A stretch of DNA of 64,000 nucleotides from Cyanidioschyzon merolae. Taxonomy: Eukaryota. The notes below the pieces were generated by a model, which ran no database searches, was not told where the DNA came from, and was given only the letters and a program-made list of their open reading frames with translations. This document shows positions 20,250-31,102 of the stretch, piece by piece. The position numbers and the translations under genes are program-made. How positions within the stretch are numbered: the stretch's first letter is position 1; the number at the start of each line of letters is the position of its first letter. The DNA lies in NCBI GenBank assembly GCA_000091205.1, contig AP006500.2; one strand, 5' to 3'.

Positions 20250-20665
20250 GATCCCTCGGTACGCGCTGATGCTGAGCGCTGTGGTGCATAGCTCGAGGGT
20301 GCTCGGGTGAGAGAAAGCAAAAGCAACCGCGTCTGGGCCTATGGCAGAGCTTCGAATCCCGGTTAGAGACACCGAACCCGCAACGAGGCAGCGGTTCATT
20401 GCCAGCACATGCCGCACGCTCGCGTGGCATGCCCCAAACGAGCAGTCCAAGGCAGCAGCATGCGCCATATCAGGTGCTCAACATTTGCATAAACGATGGT
20501 CACCAACGATGGTGCGGCAAGTGCCCGCACGCTCCTGCAGTGATCTTCCATGCTTCCAGGAGCTGCCAGTGCGTGACGAGTCCGCTCGAAGGCCTGCACG
20601 GCGAACAGCCACGATACACACCTGCCTCTCTCCCGCTCTCTCTGAGCGGAGCGCATTGCCTATCT

Positions 20666-21673
20666 CTATTGAGTACGGCAGCGATTCGGATGCACTGGAG
20701 GATTCTTTTCAAAAGAAGTGCTACTTTTGGCCGCATCAGGATCACTTAGGGACCCGTCCGGACTAGCCGCGGCAGCTTCACCACAAAGAACGTCAAGGAA
20801 ACTTGCTATTTCTTCCGCGCTGGGGCGCTTTTCTGGATCCAGATCCCAGCAGCGTTCAATCAGTGCCACGACAGAGGCCGGCACCTTGTCACTCGTCTTG
20901 ACGAGACGTGGCCGCAAATTTTTCGACACGACTGCCGTCGCAGTCTGCACTGGCGTGAGATAGGTGTCCTCGTATGGCATTATGCCAGTCAGCAGCTCGT
21001 TGAAAAGAATCCCATAACTGTAAATATCTGCGCGACCGTCGTAGCGCTCACCGCGAATCACCTCCGGTGCCATGAAGCGATACGTCCCCGTCAGCGCCGT
21101 CATGACAGCCTCGCTATCGCCCTGCGTTCGGCTTACCCCAAAGTCGGAAAGTTTCGCAACGCGTGCGGGTCGGTCCACGAGCACATTGCTCGACTTGAGG
21201 TCGCGGTGGATGAGATCGTGTGCGTGAATGTACGCCAAGGCTCGGGCGACGTCGCGCATGATTCGATACACAAGTTGGGGTCGTCGTGAAACCCACTTAC
21301 GACGTCTGGAGATGGGCCCTCCTTCAAACAGTTCCATCACGAGAAACTTGCTCCCATCAGACGGGCGTACACCCCAACCGTAGTAGTTGAGAATATTGGG
21401 GTGCCAGTCCAGTTTACCAAGCACAACCTCCAACTCTGTCCGAAACGTATACTGCGTCTCGCGCCTAGCGTCAGCGTTTAACATTTTCACCGCAACCGGC
21501 CGCTTTTCGTAGGTACCCTCGTACACGATGGTCTCCGTGCCGCGACCCAGCTCGTTCCCAAGCGTGATGGCTTCCCACGGAATCTGCTTCTGTTTAAGCC
21601 GCTCCCTCGGAGATAACTGGACTGCTTCAATATCGTCTGTCATGAAATCAAAAGCACACGTCACACAACACAA
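20666..21673 (-). CDS. Protein kinase, TKL/Raf-like serine/threonine(/tyrosine) kinase
   Basis: GxGxxG-like LGRGTETIVYEG, VAVK, HRDLKSSNVLVD (catalytic loop), DFGVSR (DFG), YRFMAPEV (APE) and DIYSYGILFNELLTG all appear in canonical order. Confidence 0.85.
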   Translation of the reverse strand: MCCVTCAFDFMTDDIEAVQLSPRERLKQKQIPWEAITLGNELGRGTETIVYEGTYEKRPVAVKMLNADARRETQYTFRTELEVVLGKLDWHPNILNYYGWGVRPSDGSKFLVMELFEGGPISRRRKWVSRRPQLVYRIMRDVARALAYIHAHDLIHRDLKSSNVLVDRPARVAKLSDFGVSRTQGDSEAVMTALTGTYRFMAPEVIRGERYDGRADIYSYGILFNELLTGIMPYEDTYLTPVQTATAVVSKNLRPRLVKTSDKVPASVVALIERCWDLDPEKRPSAEEIASFLDVLCGEAAAASPDGSLSDPDAAKSSTSFEKNPPVHPNRCRTQ

Positions 21674-23281
21674 GTGATCGATTGCTGGAAACCGCTGGAA
21701 AGAAGCACAACCGCAACCCTAGACATCGACAAACGCTAACGTTGGCGGCTGGCGAAGCGGTGCAGCGCGCAACGGATCGCGCTGCGCTGCATCCAACGTT
21801 GCGCGATAGGCGTGTCGATTGACGGAGAGTTTTTTATTGGACAACATGTGTACAGTCGCGAGCTGCGCCCTCAGACTGCGCGCCTGATCGCAAGCCTCGC
21901 TGGAGCGTCCATCGTTCCACGCCCTACTTCCAAGTTGTATAACCCATGCTTCGTTTCGACTGATGGATGATGACGCGCTACAGCGCTGTCGAGCAGCAGC
22001 TGGGGATAGATTGCAGCAGGCGCAGCACAGCGCCGGACGACGCATAGGCAGGTGCACGTGCGCGACGCGCTTTGGCAAGCCGATCGATGGGCCAGCGGCA
22101 TGATGCGAACCATACCGAGTATGGGTTGTATCAAAAATGAAGGAGCATTGGGGAATCGAACACGAAGTTTGGTGCACCGGTGGGTGCTTTTCCGATCGCT
22201 GATACCCAGCGTGTCTGCATCGTCGCCGTTCAGAAATAAACGTTCTGTGCAAAAAAGGACAGCGCGCGCGTATCTTTCGGCCCGGAGTCGATGGCGCGTT
22301 GAAGCGTTGCTGGATGGACTCGGATATTCTCTCTGCTTGCTGACAGAGATCGCATACCGAGGGGAATCTGTGTAGCGTCACCGATCCCAGAGCAGTGGCG
22401 ATATGGACGATGAACGCTGTTCGGGTATGGGCGAGCCACGTCTATGTCTGCTTTGTCCATATCCAGGCGTGTTGGGCGCATGCACGTGTGGCGACCTGTG
22501 CAACCGAGTCGGGATGAGCGCATCGGAGCTAAGACCGAGGTTTTAGCGAACTGCGTCTTTTGCTCTAACGGGATGAAAATGAAAACTGGGAAAGGTTCAC
22601 GTGTATTTAACTAGAGTTCCTTCGGCACAAACAATCCAGCGGATCGGACGAATCTGCCGTGATTATGCTACGCGCGCATCTGCAGTAGTGCATGCTGCCA
22701 CGATACCTCGTCAGCTCATGCTATCGGAGTATTTCTGGAACTAGGAGTATACAGCCACCGCGTAGACGTCAACCAGGCTATTGTGGTCTGGCAATGGATT
22801 GTTACGCGCCCCGGCCAGCTGCTAGTCTATCTGTGCGGTTCGCTGGATCCCAGAATAACGAAGAGACACGGCCTCGAATCGGATGAACAAGGCCTAGCTT
22901 CCGCGTTCGAAAATGCGGCTCAAAGGTATTCGGGCCTTGTAGGGCAAATGCTGTGCAGGTGCGTCCCGTGTCACGCCGAGCATCAAAAATAAGCGCAGCA
23001 ACCGGCGGGCGGTTCTCCAATCGTTCCAGCTTGTATTCATATCAGGGAAACATCGCTCTGGATACCGAGATATGCAGAAGCTTATGTAGAGTCACTATGT
23101 TTTCTTCTCTGGTCTCTGAGAGCAGTGATGTATTCGGGGAAGGTCTGATTCGAATCGTCGATCTCACTCGCTTAAAACCGGCACGCAGCCCACGTCCGGT
23201 GCTCCGCACAGCGCCCGCCGCCTTGCATCGTGCGCGTTACCCAACAGCGCCCTGCACGACTGCGGGAAAGCGCTGAGCCTC

Positions 23282-24241
23282 GTGCTCGTCGAGTTGTGCT
23301 GCACTGTTCACGCGTCGTCGACTACATCGGTTATATGTGCGCTGATCGTGGTTCCGGTCCACGAAGGCTGGGTTGTTAGCGAAGAACGAACTTGTGATCC
23401 TGGGATGATCCCTGTCCTGCGCGTCGCCACGCTTGCGGCACTCGCCAGGCACCTGCGACCTCGACAACGTCTACTTGGTTTCGACTTTTGTGGGCCCGCT
23501 GTCCTGGTCGCAGCTTCAGATAGAGAACGCACGCAGGCGGCACCGTTTGGTGTGTTTTCACGCTCTACCGATGGAGTCCAGGCGGACGCGACGTTGCTCA
23601 ATCAGGTATTCGAGCAGGCACGCGAGTTTGACGCACACGGGCAAGTGAATATCGGGGCGATTGTCGTGAACGTTGACAGCGCGCCTCAAGACGAAAACGT
23701 TTGCATCGTACCGAGTCCTCCACCGGCGCTTGCTGAATATGTGGAAGCGCTCGCACGGAGCCTGGATAAAGCCGTGGATACCGATGAAGAGCGCGCCCAA
23801 GGACTCGCTATTGTCTACTGGAACCAAGCGCACGTACTGCGAACGGTGCGCGCACAGGTGCAGGACCTCCGAGGTGTCATACACGAGCTCGAATTGTATC
23901 CGGAAAGAGAAAAGATCAGTGCAGCAGAGAATAACATGGAAAAACCGGAACCCTTCCTGCGACTGTCGCTTCTGCGGAGAATGCTGTTTGGGAACGGCGA
24001 AGGCATTCCTTCGAGACGACTGCGCAAAGCGCTTCATCGCAGGGAACGCAGACATCCAGGAAGCTACCATGATCCAAAACGTGAGGAAAAAGAGGCTTTT
24101 GCTCGAACGTTCGGAGAGGAGCATCTCGCCGTCCATGAGATTTTAGTGGATGTAATCGAGGAGCTGCGCCAATTTTCACGTGAAGATTCATCAGAGGGAG
24201 CAAGTGTAGAGAACACAAGGGAGTCGACTATGGTGCCTTAA
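23282..24241 (+). CDS. Hypothetical protein (319 aa)
   Basis: Protein-like ORF located between the kinase upstream region and the 1.38-kb repeat copy 1. No recognisable motif. Confidence 0.3.
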   Translation: MLVELCCTVHASSTTSVICALIVVPVHEGWVVSEERTCDPGMIPVLRVATLAALARHLRPRQRLLGFDFCGPAVLVAASDRERTQAAPFGVFSRSTDGVQADATLLNQVFEQAREFDAHGQVNIGAIVVNVDSAPQDENVCIVPSPPPALAEYVEALARSLDKAVDTDEERAQGLAIVYWNQAHVLRTVRAQVQDLRGVIHELELYPEREKISAAENNMEKPEPFLRLSLLRRMLFGNGEGIPSRRLRKALHRRERRHPGSYHDPKREEKEAFARTFGEEHLAVHEILVDVIEELRQFSREDSSEGASVENTRESTMVP

Positions 24242-24551
24242 GGAGGCGAATTCAGAGCATGAGCAGCGATTACCAGTATTTGCTGTCGTCGAACGCATGT
24301 GAAACGCTGGAAATCGTAGCGCAGTCGGTGTCTGGCACGGGACGGCATTCGGCAATACGGTTTCAGATTCCAGAGCGCACGTCCTCAGGGCCGGTAATGT
24401 ACGCTCGCCCAATATATCAGGCACACGAGCTCGAGTTGAACGCATTCGAGCTCTCGACACGCCTCTCCGTGTCTACGCAAACGTACCCGGAAAGGAGGCA
24501 TACGCAGTACAAGGCATCGTATAGACGAACGCGGCAGTATGGCGTGTACCC

Positions 24552-25929
24552 ATATCAGATGAAAAAGGAGCTCTGGAACTGCACGCCAGCTTCCTACGTC
24601 TCGATTTTATTCCGAAGTTGAGTTTAGATGCACATCCTCGACATTCAACGTGAAGCAATACGCACTTACTAATGCATTCGCAGTCCTAGGATCCTGGGTC
24701 ATCTATTCGGAGCGAATCGTTCGCTTCTGTGCCGTTCCTCATGGTCACGTCACCGGAATCAAGAGGATTCGCAACACCCTCGAAAAAGAACGCCCTATAT
24801 ACCAGATATCGTTGCCCAGTGCACACGTCCAAACCCCGATTCCTATGCTGTCCGTTCGTGTGCAGCATGCTGCAACCGTGCATGCTTCAAGTTTTCTAGC
24901 GTGCGGTTGCAAGGCAACTCGTGGGCCCAGCAAGGCGCCCAGCTGCATGGACGCGGTAAACTGCGCGATGGCGTCCCTCGGGGACTCGTTCACGAGCTCG
25001 TGTCCAAAGTCCACTGAAACTCTCAAGTCAAGTAATCGATGCCTCTCGACAGAGAAACGCTCCTCGCTTTGCGGCCAACGACGAGACCGCGCTCGACAGC
25101 AGCAATCGAGCCATGGCAGGGTATGTTCGTGGCGGCTCCGTTGTGTCCTGTTCGCATGAACAAGTGCCTTGGACTGGGGCTTGCGTCACCGCAGCGATCG
25201 CTTCAGGGGAAGGGCGCGTCACCGCTTTGCTCGAAGCGAGCGTAGACGGATCGAGATGCGTCGACATGATCTCCAGCCTGGCTCTCCCTCGTGTACTTGT
25301 TGCATCATGATCGGCGTAGCGCTGCGAGAATCCTCTACCAAATGGGGCAGCGTGCACCTGCGCATTCACCCGACAGAAGACGCGAGGACGGCATCGCTCA
25401 GAACTCTCCAGGTATCTTGGGGCACGGCAGCGAGCGCGGAAATGGAGCAGGGCATCCAGAGCAGCGCCTCCTGTAACCGGATCATGGGCATCTACCGAGA
25501 TACGAAGCAAACGTTTACGCGCCGCAGGGCGGCGCTCGTCGGAAGACGTATGCTAGGCATCTGGAAACACCTGACCAGAGCCGTTCCACGGCTCTGCGCG
25601 TATCGCACCGAGCCGCCAGAGCGACACGATGGGAGCGGCAAGCGCCATAGAGATCTCAGGTACCAGCTGTGCAAGCGGTACGCGAGTCAGACCACGGAAT
25701 CAGCCTGGTTGGGGCTTGGATGCTATCACCAGCATCCTTCGACTGCTCGTATCGAGATCAGGGGGACAGGAGAGCCTGGCGTATGGAAAGTCAGACACCA
25801 GAGACGGGCAAAGCAAGCGGACTCGGAAAGAGCCCGCCACGACCTATGTCGATTTCAGTGGAAAGAGGCCCAATGCATGGAGTACACGCCCGTGTTCGCT
25901 GACCTATTCCATTGTATTCTTACGCGGGT
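24552..25929. repeat. Dispersed direct repeat R, copy 1 (~1378 bp, ~99% identical to copy 2 at 34333..35710)
   Basis: Track ORFs 24650..25159, 24745..25026(-), 25028..25510(-) and 25169..25936 are duplicated with a constant offset of 9781 nt. The copies differ by ~9 substitutions, giving single amino-acid differences in the track translations. No recognisable protein domain inside. Confidence 0.9.
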
Positions 25930-26828
25930 AAAGTGAGAGCATTGCGTAAGCGCATGCGCACACTTATACACACACAAACGCAAACATACATGCAAAGACT
26001 CCCAGTCGCATGCATACACACAAACCAGCTCATGGCCATTGTTCCGACCTATGCACATGAACTACAGCTGCAACAGCCAACAACTGGAAACCCGGTACAC
26101 AGGTTCACGAGGCGTGCCGCTGGACCAGGTTTTGAAACCGATCGTTAGCGCTTCGTTTTTCGCCGCGCACCTGAACCCGGCTGGTTCGGTGTCCCTGCTT
26201 GATTCTTCGCGGAGGGAACAGTTGCCTGCGCCGTTTTCGCGAGTTTCTGTGCCTTTTGGCCACTTCCGGTTGCAGCTTGCGTGCGCCGCAGTTCCTGCAG
26301 CGCTTTCGCGATCGCACGCAAAACTGCTTTTCGCTTTGCCGTGTGCGTCAAAGCGCCGTCATCGCTAGGCTCCTCTGGAAGCTGAACTTTCACTCTCCCT
26401 GCCACAAAAAAATCACGAGGATGCTTCTTATCAGGCTCCAAGAGAGCTGGGAAACTCAGCTTCTCCTGACACACGCGAAAAACCTCCGCGGCTTCCGGTG
26501 CCGAAACCGCTGAGCGCCTCGACACGCGTCGACCATCGGCCCTGCTCCGTTCTTTCGAGAAATAGATTGGGTACACCAAGATCCACTGACCACTGCCTGG
26601 AGCTGGTGCGGTGTCAACCATGCCGCTGAGGCGTGAACACTTGGCTGTGCAACGCTCTCAAGAACGTGCAGGTGAGCAGGCACCCTCAAGCTGGACATCG
26701 TGCGCTCGGAACGATCAAGAGCGTCGGCCCGCATCCTCCACGCTCATGAACGAGATGCTTTGGGTCAGTTTGAAGCTAGCAACAGCGCATAACGATACGG
26801 TTGAGCTTGTTTTCTTTTAGAACTAGAT

Positions 26829-28046
26829 ATGGCTGCTACGTCAACCTTTCCTGGTACTGGCTGGTGTTTGCAACCAGGTCGCCGTTTGAGCACAGCGTTC
26901 ACGCACGACGGTGGTGTGCTAGTGCAGCTCCGGTCTGTGAGGCGGCAGTGCACGTGCAGCGTTCGTGCGGCTCTCGTGACGCCTCCAGGAGGCACGCCCA
27001 GCTGGAGGCCTGCCATGCTGCGTCTTTCCATGCAAGGCGCACAGGATAGCGGTGCGACAACGTCCGGTTTGTACGGAAACAACGAACAGACGCGTAGTGT
27101 GAGAGCGCCCCTGCGAGACGCTGCGCCCTACAGCGCTGTCTGTGAACTTGCCGCCGAAGCGGGGCAGTTGACGGACGCCGAGCTGCAGAGACGCCTTGAG
27201 AGCATCGCGGGTGTGCCTGCCGTGTTCCCCGAGCCGGAAAAACCGCTCGATATCCCCAATGCGCTGGAGTTTTTCCGGCTGCGCACTGGAGAGTGGCTCT
27301 CCAAACGAGTCACGCAGCACATGGCCTTCCGTCGACAGGAGAGCGGCGAGTCGCGCATTACCGCGCAGTTGCTGGAGGCAAACGACGAACGTGTCAAGCA
27401 ACTGTGCGCCCTACACAACTTTGCGGAAGACGCTGCTATGGGTGGCTGCCTCGTCACCTGGCGAGCGACCCTGCAGTGGGACCAGGAAGGCGACGCCCAT
27501 ACCGGCGAGGCGATATTCGCGCTCGTTGCCCAGCCGGGCTCCAACGGACGGTGCGGTAAGATACTCAGGGACCGTGGTTACGCTGAAGTGGTCCCGATAA
27601 CCGGCGACTTTTACATGGATGAGGAAGATGCGCTGTATTTGGTGACACCGTACGAAGGAGGAGAAGTTTCCGAAAAGTTCGTGTTTGCCGAGCGCGATAT
27701 TTTGTATCGCTTTTCCACAGTCAAACGAATGGGCGGCTTCAGTAACGCCACGTATGCAGTAGAGACACGAATTCCTTACACGGGAAACGGCGAGGTTTTG
27801 GACACGTCATCCATTGAGGACGATGACATTAGTATTTTTGGCCTGTCATCTGTTGATGCGCAGCAATCGCGACAGGAAGAAGACAGTAGACTTCGTCGAT
27901 TTGGCTCGCTGCGAGGTCGAATGGGCGACCGATGGGAGAGTCCTCTCGGTAAGAAAATCGAAATCGATGAGAGCAAGTTACCACCTTCGCTGCGATCGTC
28001 TCCGCAGCCGCCATCGTCCTCATCGCCCAGTACTGACGCGGATTAA
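26829..28046 (+). CDS. cpcS: CpcS/CpeS-family phycobiliprotein chromophore (bilin) lyase domain protein (DUF1001, lipocalin-like), with a ~145-aa N-terminal extension and a ~100-aa C-terminal extension
   Basis: …ALEFFRLRTGEWLSKRVTQHMAFRRQESGESRI…LCALHNF…GGCLVTWRATLQWD…GEAIFALVAQPGSNGRCGKILRDRGYAEVVPITGDFYMDEEDALYLVTPYEGGEVSEKFVFAERDILYRFSTVKRMGGFSNATYAVETRIP matches the cyanobacterial CpcS consensus nearly motif for motif (EFF..S.GKWRSQRT.HHLAFR…GESE; RLLRERGYAE; TEYE…ERFWF…LRFR.SSVKRFGGF..A.F). Confidence 0.75.
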   Translation: MAATSTFPGTGWCLQPGRRLSTAFTHDGGVLVQLRSVRRQCTCSVRAALVTPPGGTPSWRPAMLRLSMQGAQDSGATTSGLYGNNEQTRSVRAPLRDAAPYSAVCELAAEAGQLTDAELQRRLESIAGVPAVFPEPEKPLDIPNALEFFRLRTGEWLSKRVTQHMAFRRQESGESRITAQLLEANDERVKQLCALHNFAEDAAMGGCLVTWRATLQWDQEGDAHTGEAIFALVAQPGSNGRCGKILRDRGYAEVVPITGDFYMDEEDALYLVTPYEGGEVSEKFVFAERDILYRFSTVKRMGGFSNATYAVETRIPYTGNGEVLDTSSIEDDDISIFGLSSVDAQQSRQEEDSRLRRFGSLRGRMGDRWESPLGKKIEIDESKLPPSLRSSPQPPSSSSPSTDAD

Positions 28047-31000
28047 GCGCTGCGCCCTAAAAAGACGATTCTTCCCAACAACGCCAGCTGTGACATCGTT
28101 CGAAGTGATACATAGTTGATATGCGCATCGATGGACATGCATCTGTCCTTCTCCGCATGCTGTTGCTTTGTTTTTTTTTTTGATTCTGGAGCAACTTGCA
28201 GCATCACGCGGTACCGCTGATCGAAAAAGAAACCCATGCTCAGATCATCGATTGATCCGTGGACACCCGACGAGTGGTAGCGTGCGGCAGCACAGGTTTC
28301 CGCCGTTCCACACACCTGGACGGTGGCTGATCTGCTCCGCCTTAAAAACACGAACGCTGATTCCGGGCAAGTCTTTAATTCGCTGCGTTTTTGTGGTGCT
28401 TGTGATAAGACTTGTAACCGCAGACGCTCAGGACGCGGAGTGTGAGCGTGATCATTGTTGCGGTGGGTTCTGTGCTGGATTGCGGGTCGCGCCTTGTCGT
28501 GGCAAGCTACCATAACAGAAAAAAAATGCAAGATAGCGAGCTTCCTAGCATGTTTCGTGCATCATGTACACTGCGCCTCGTAAGCAACATGAAGATGGTA
28601 CCATTTATGTTGTTATACAGGGAGCAGTGAATTCTGGAGCATCTGTTCGAGGACACACCATTTCTTTTTTCTCTTTTTTTGAAGGTATACAGCTCAAGGC
28701 ATGGATCCTGTAGTTTAGAGATAGCTCGCGAAAAACTTGGTGCTGTGACTACCAGCATGCGAAGAACGGCCGTGCTCGTACAAGTCAGGTATTCTCTGGA
28801 TAGCTGGTGGATGAAGTGCCCCTCAAAAAGTCCTCATGCTCTACGTCATGCACCCGAAACAGAACATATGAACCTTTGTCTACATAATTGCCTCCTCGTC
28901 CATCCATACCACTCCATACGTCGTCTAAGATGAATTTGCGAAGAATCCGCATCATACCAAATTTCCGTACCTTGGATACGAACGAGGATGAAGAGGTATC
29001 GATGGCGAAAAACGAAAACGTGTTTCTGCAGGAAACCTCAGCCCATGGAGCTACACGCGATCGATTTGGAACTAGATCGCGAAAGCTTATGATAGGCGGA
29101 ACGGATGCTTGTCTCGATCAATGAGACCTCATTCGCGAAAAATACTAGAACTGGATATGAGCCAGGAAGAAGTGGGAAATTGCTGGTCTCAAAGGAGCGA
29201 TACCCGTTGATTCCAACAGAATCAGCCGTAGCGGCGATTCAATCATGCGGGCGCCAACAAATCGACGAACGGAAAGAGTCGTTCAACACCTCATCCCCTA
29301 TCGATGCAGTTTCTGGTTTCACCTCTCCGTATTCTTGTGTCCGGGTTGTAGGTCACGTCGCATTTTATCATGCGAAAAACCGCTCAGTGGCTACACAGCT
29401 GAGACTGGCCTTGAGCTGTTCTTCGCGCACGACTGTTATCCCAGGTTCAAGCAAACTGAACGTCCTCCATATTGTCATGTGCCGATTTTACGCGCACAGA
29501 TGAGTAGACGAGCTGTTTGCATGCGTGACGCGCAAGTTCTTCGATAAACTGTACTTTGAGAAATCGATGCCCGCGCTACGCAGCTGTAAAGTGCCCTGTT
29601 GCGCCTCTGCTCGTGTGCGGGAGGAAGCGGAAGGCGCTCTTTTGTCCGTGGGCGTGCTCACGAGGGAGAAGGGAACGAAAACGTGCCACGCGAATACGAG
29701 ATACTAGCATTCATAGTACAGGTGAGTTTCAGTCTAAGCGTCGACTGAATTCCTCTGAACCCGATTGACAGAGCGGAAATGGAGAATACAGACGAAATCC
29801 ATGCCATCATCATGCGTAGAGGAGAAAATGACACTTTCGAGAAAACGACTACGCAGGCAAGAAGAGAACGTGTCGAAGCGGAAAAATCGGTCAGAGAGCA
29901 TTGCCAAAGCCTCTCGATTATAACACATCCAGAAGAAGGATCTTCCATAACGTAAGATGCAGGGCGCAACGGGGAATGACGTAGCTTCCTGGTCGAACGA
30001 GCATCGCCTGGCTTTCCTCATCCTGACAAACTTCGTCATGCAATTATTCGTACGAGATACGCACGCTAGGATATCAGGTGTCCATATTCCTCGGAGAGTC
30101 ATCGATCAAGTCGCCGTGCGACAACAGAACTTTTGCTCGGGACAGAATACGGTTGGGAGGCATGCGATATGAGCGCTTCTGTATCGACCTCGACACACTG
30201 AGCAAAGTACGGAGCAGAGATGAATGCTTCGTCCACTTTATTCAGAGAACGAGAGTGCGCGAACGTCCCAATGTCTCTCTGAGACGATTTTTAACCAGAG
30301 TGCATGAGACTGAGCAGGGATCGCAAGCGGTTTCGGGTGTATACAGGCAAGACGCGTTCATTCGCCTGCGACTTCAATGAGTAGGAAAAGGAACTAACAG
30401 ATAGCATGCGTCATTTGGTAGTAGCCTATGGTGCTGGACGCGCTGTCGCACGCAACTGCTGCAACCCTGGCCCGTCAGTGGGCGCATACAACGCGAACGC
30501 GAGTCGATGCTGCACGATCCCCATCGATGCATTGGGCACGATGTACACGAATCACGAGCACGGTTGTGCGCTGAACCAGGCAGAGGAGCAGGAAGGAAAA
30601 CATATCCCGATGCACGAAACGGTGTAGCATACGCTAGTTGAAGGTCGCATGACGAGGCAATGGAATGTGAGAGACTCGTTCTGTTGTGACTTTACCAGCA
30701 ACATTGGCAGCAAGCACGCTCTGCACCGAAACCCGAACGCCTTAATACATATCCGGAAATGGCTCGTACTGCCGCAGCTCTCAGCGACTGTGTTTCCAGC
30801 GAATTTGCGCGGATATCGTTTCGCAACCAGTGTGGATATTGTGCTGAAATGCTGCAGGTTTGGTTTGAAAGTCTCAGTGGCTTGCGAAGGTGGCATTGGA
30901 TCCACGCGGAGAGCCTGAACCTCACACGGTACCATTCATGATTCCAGCATGGCTAGAATATCGCATCTGTACACCAGGGACGTTTTCCTGGGCAACTTAT

Positions 31001-31102
31001 AGACAATCGTGGTGTTTCATTGTTGAACATTACAGACTATCATGAGACGGACCATACGTCAATGGTTTCCTCTGTCATCTTGGTGCCAATGCGTTGACTT
31101 GT

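Noticed and set aside
20290-20370. tRNA-like T-loop string (gcttcgaatcccgg) suggesting a tRNA gene
   Set aside because: No matching acceptor, D or anticodon stems could be built around it by eye, so it is most likely a coincidental match. A tRNAscan run would be needed to be sure.
21719-22381. 220-aa minus-strand ORF immediately upstream of the kinase gene
   Set aside because: Cys/Arg/His-rich composition without motifs, located where the kinase promoter/5'UTR should be. Probably a chance GC-rich ORF, though not strictly excluded.
24650-25936. ORFs inside repeat R (169-aa, 255-aa, 160-aa) as protein-coding genes
   Set aside because: No recognisable motifs. Arg-rich, antisense-like composition. 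The few substitutions between the two copies show no codon-position bias. Several of these track ORFs start with GTG rather than ATG.
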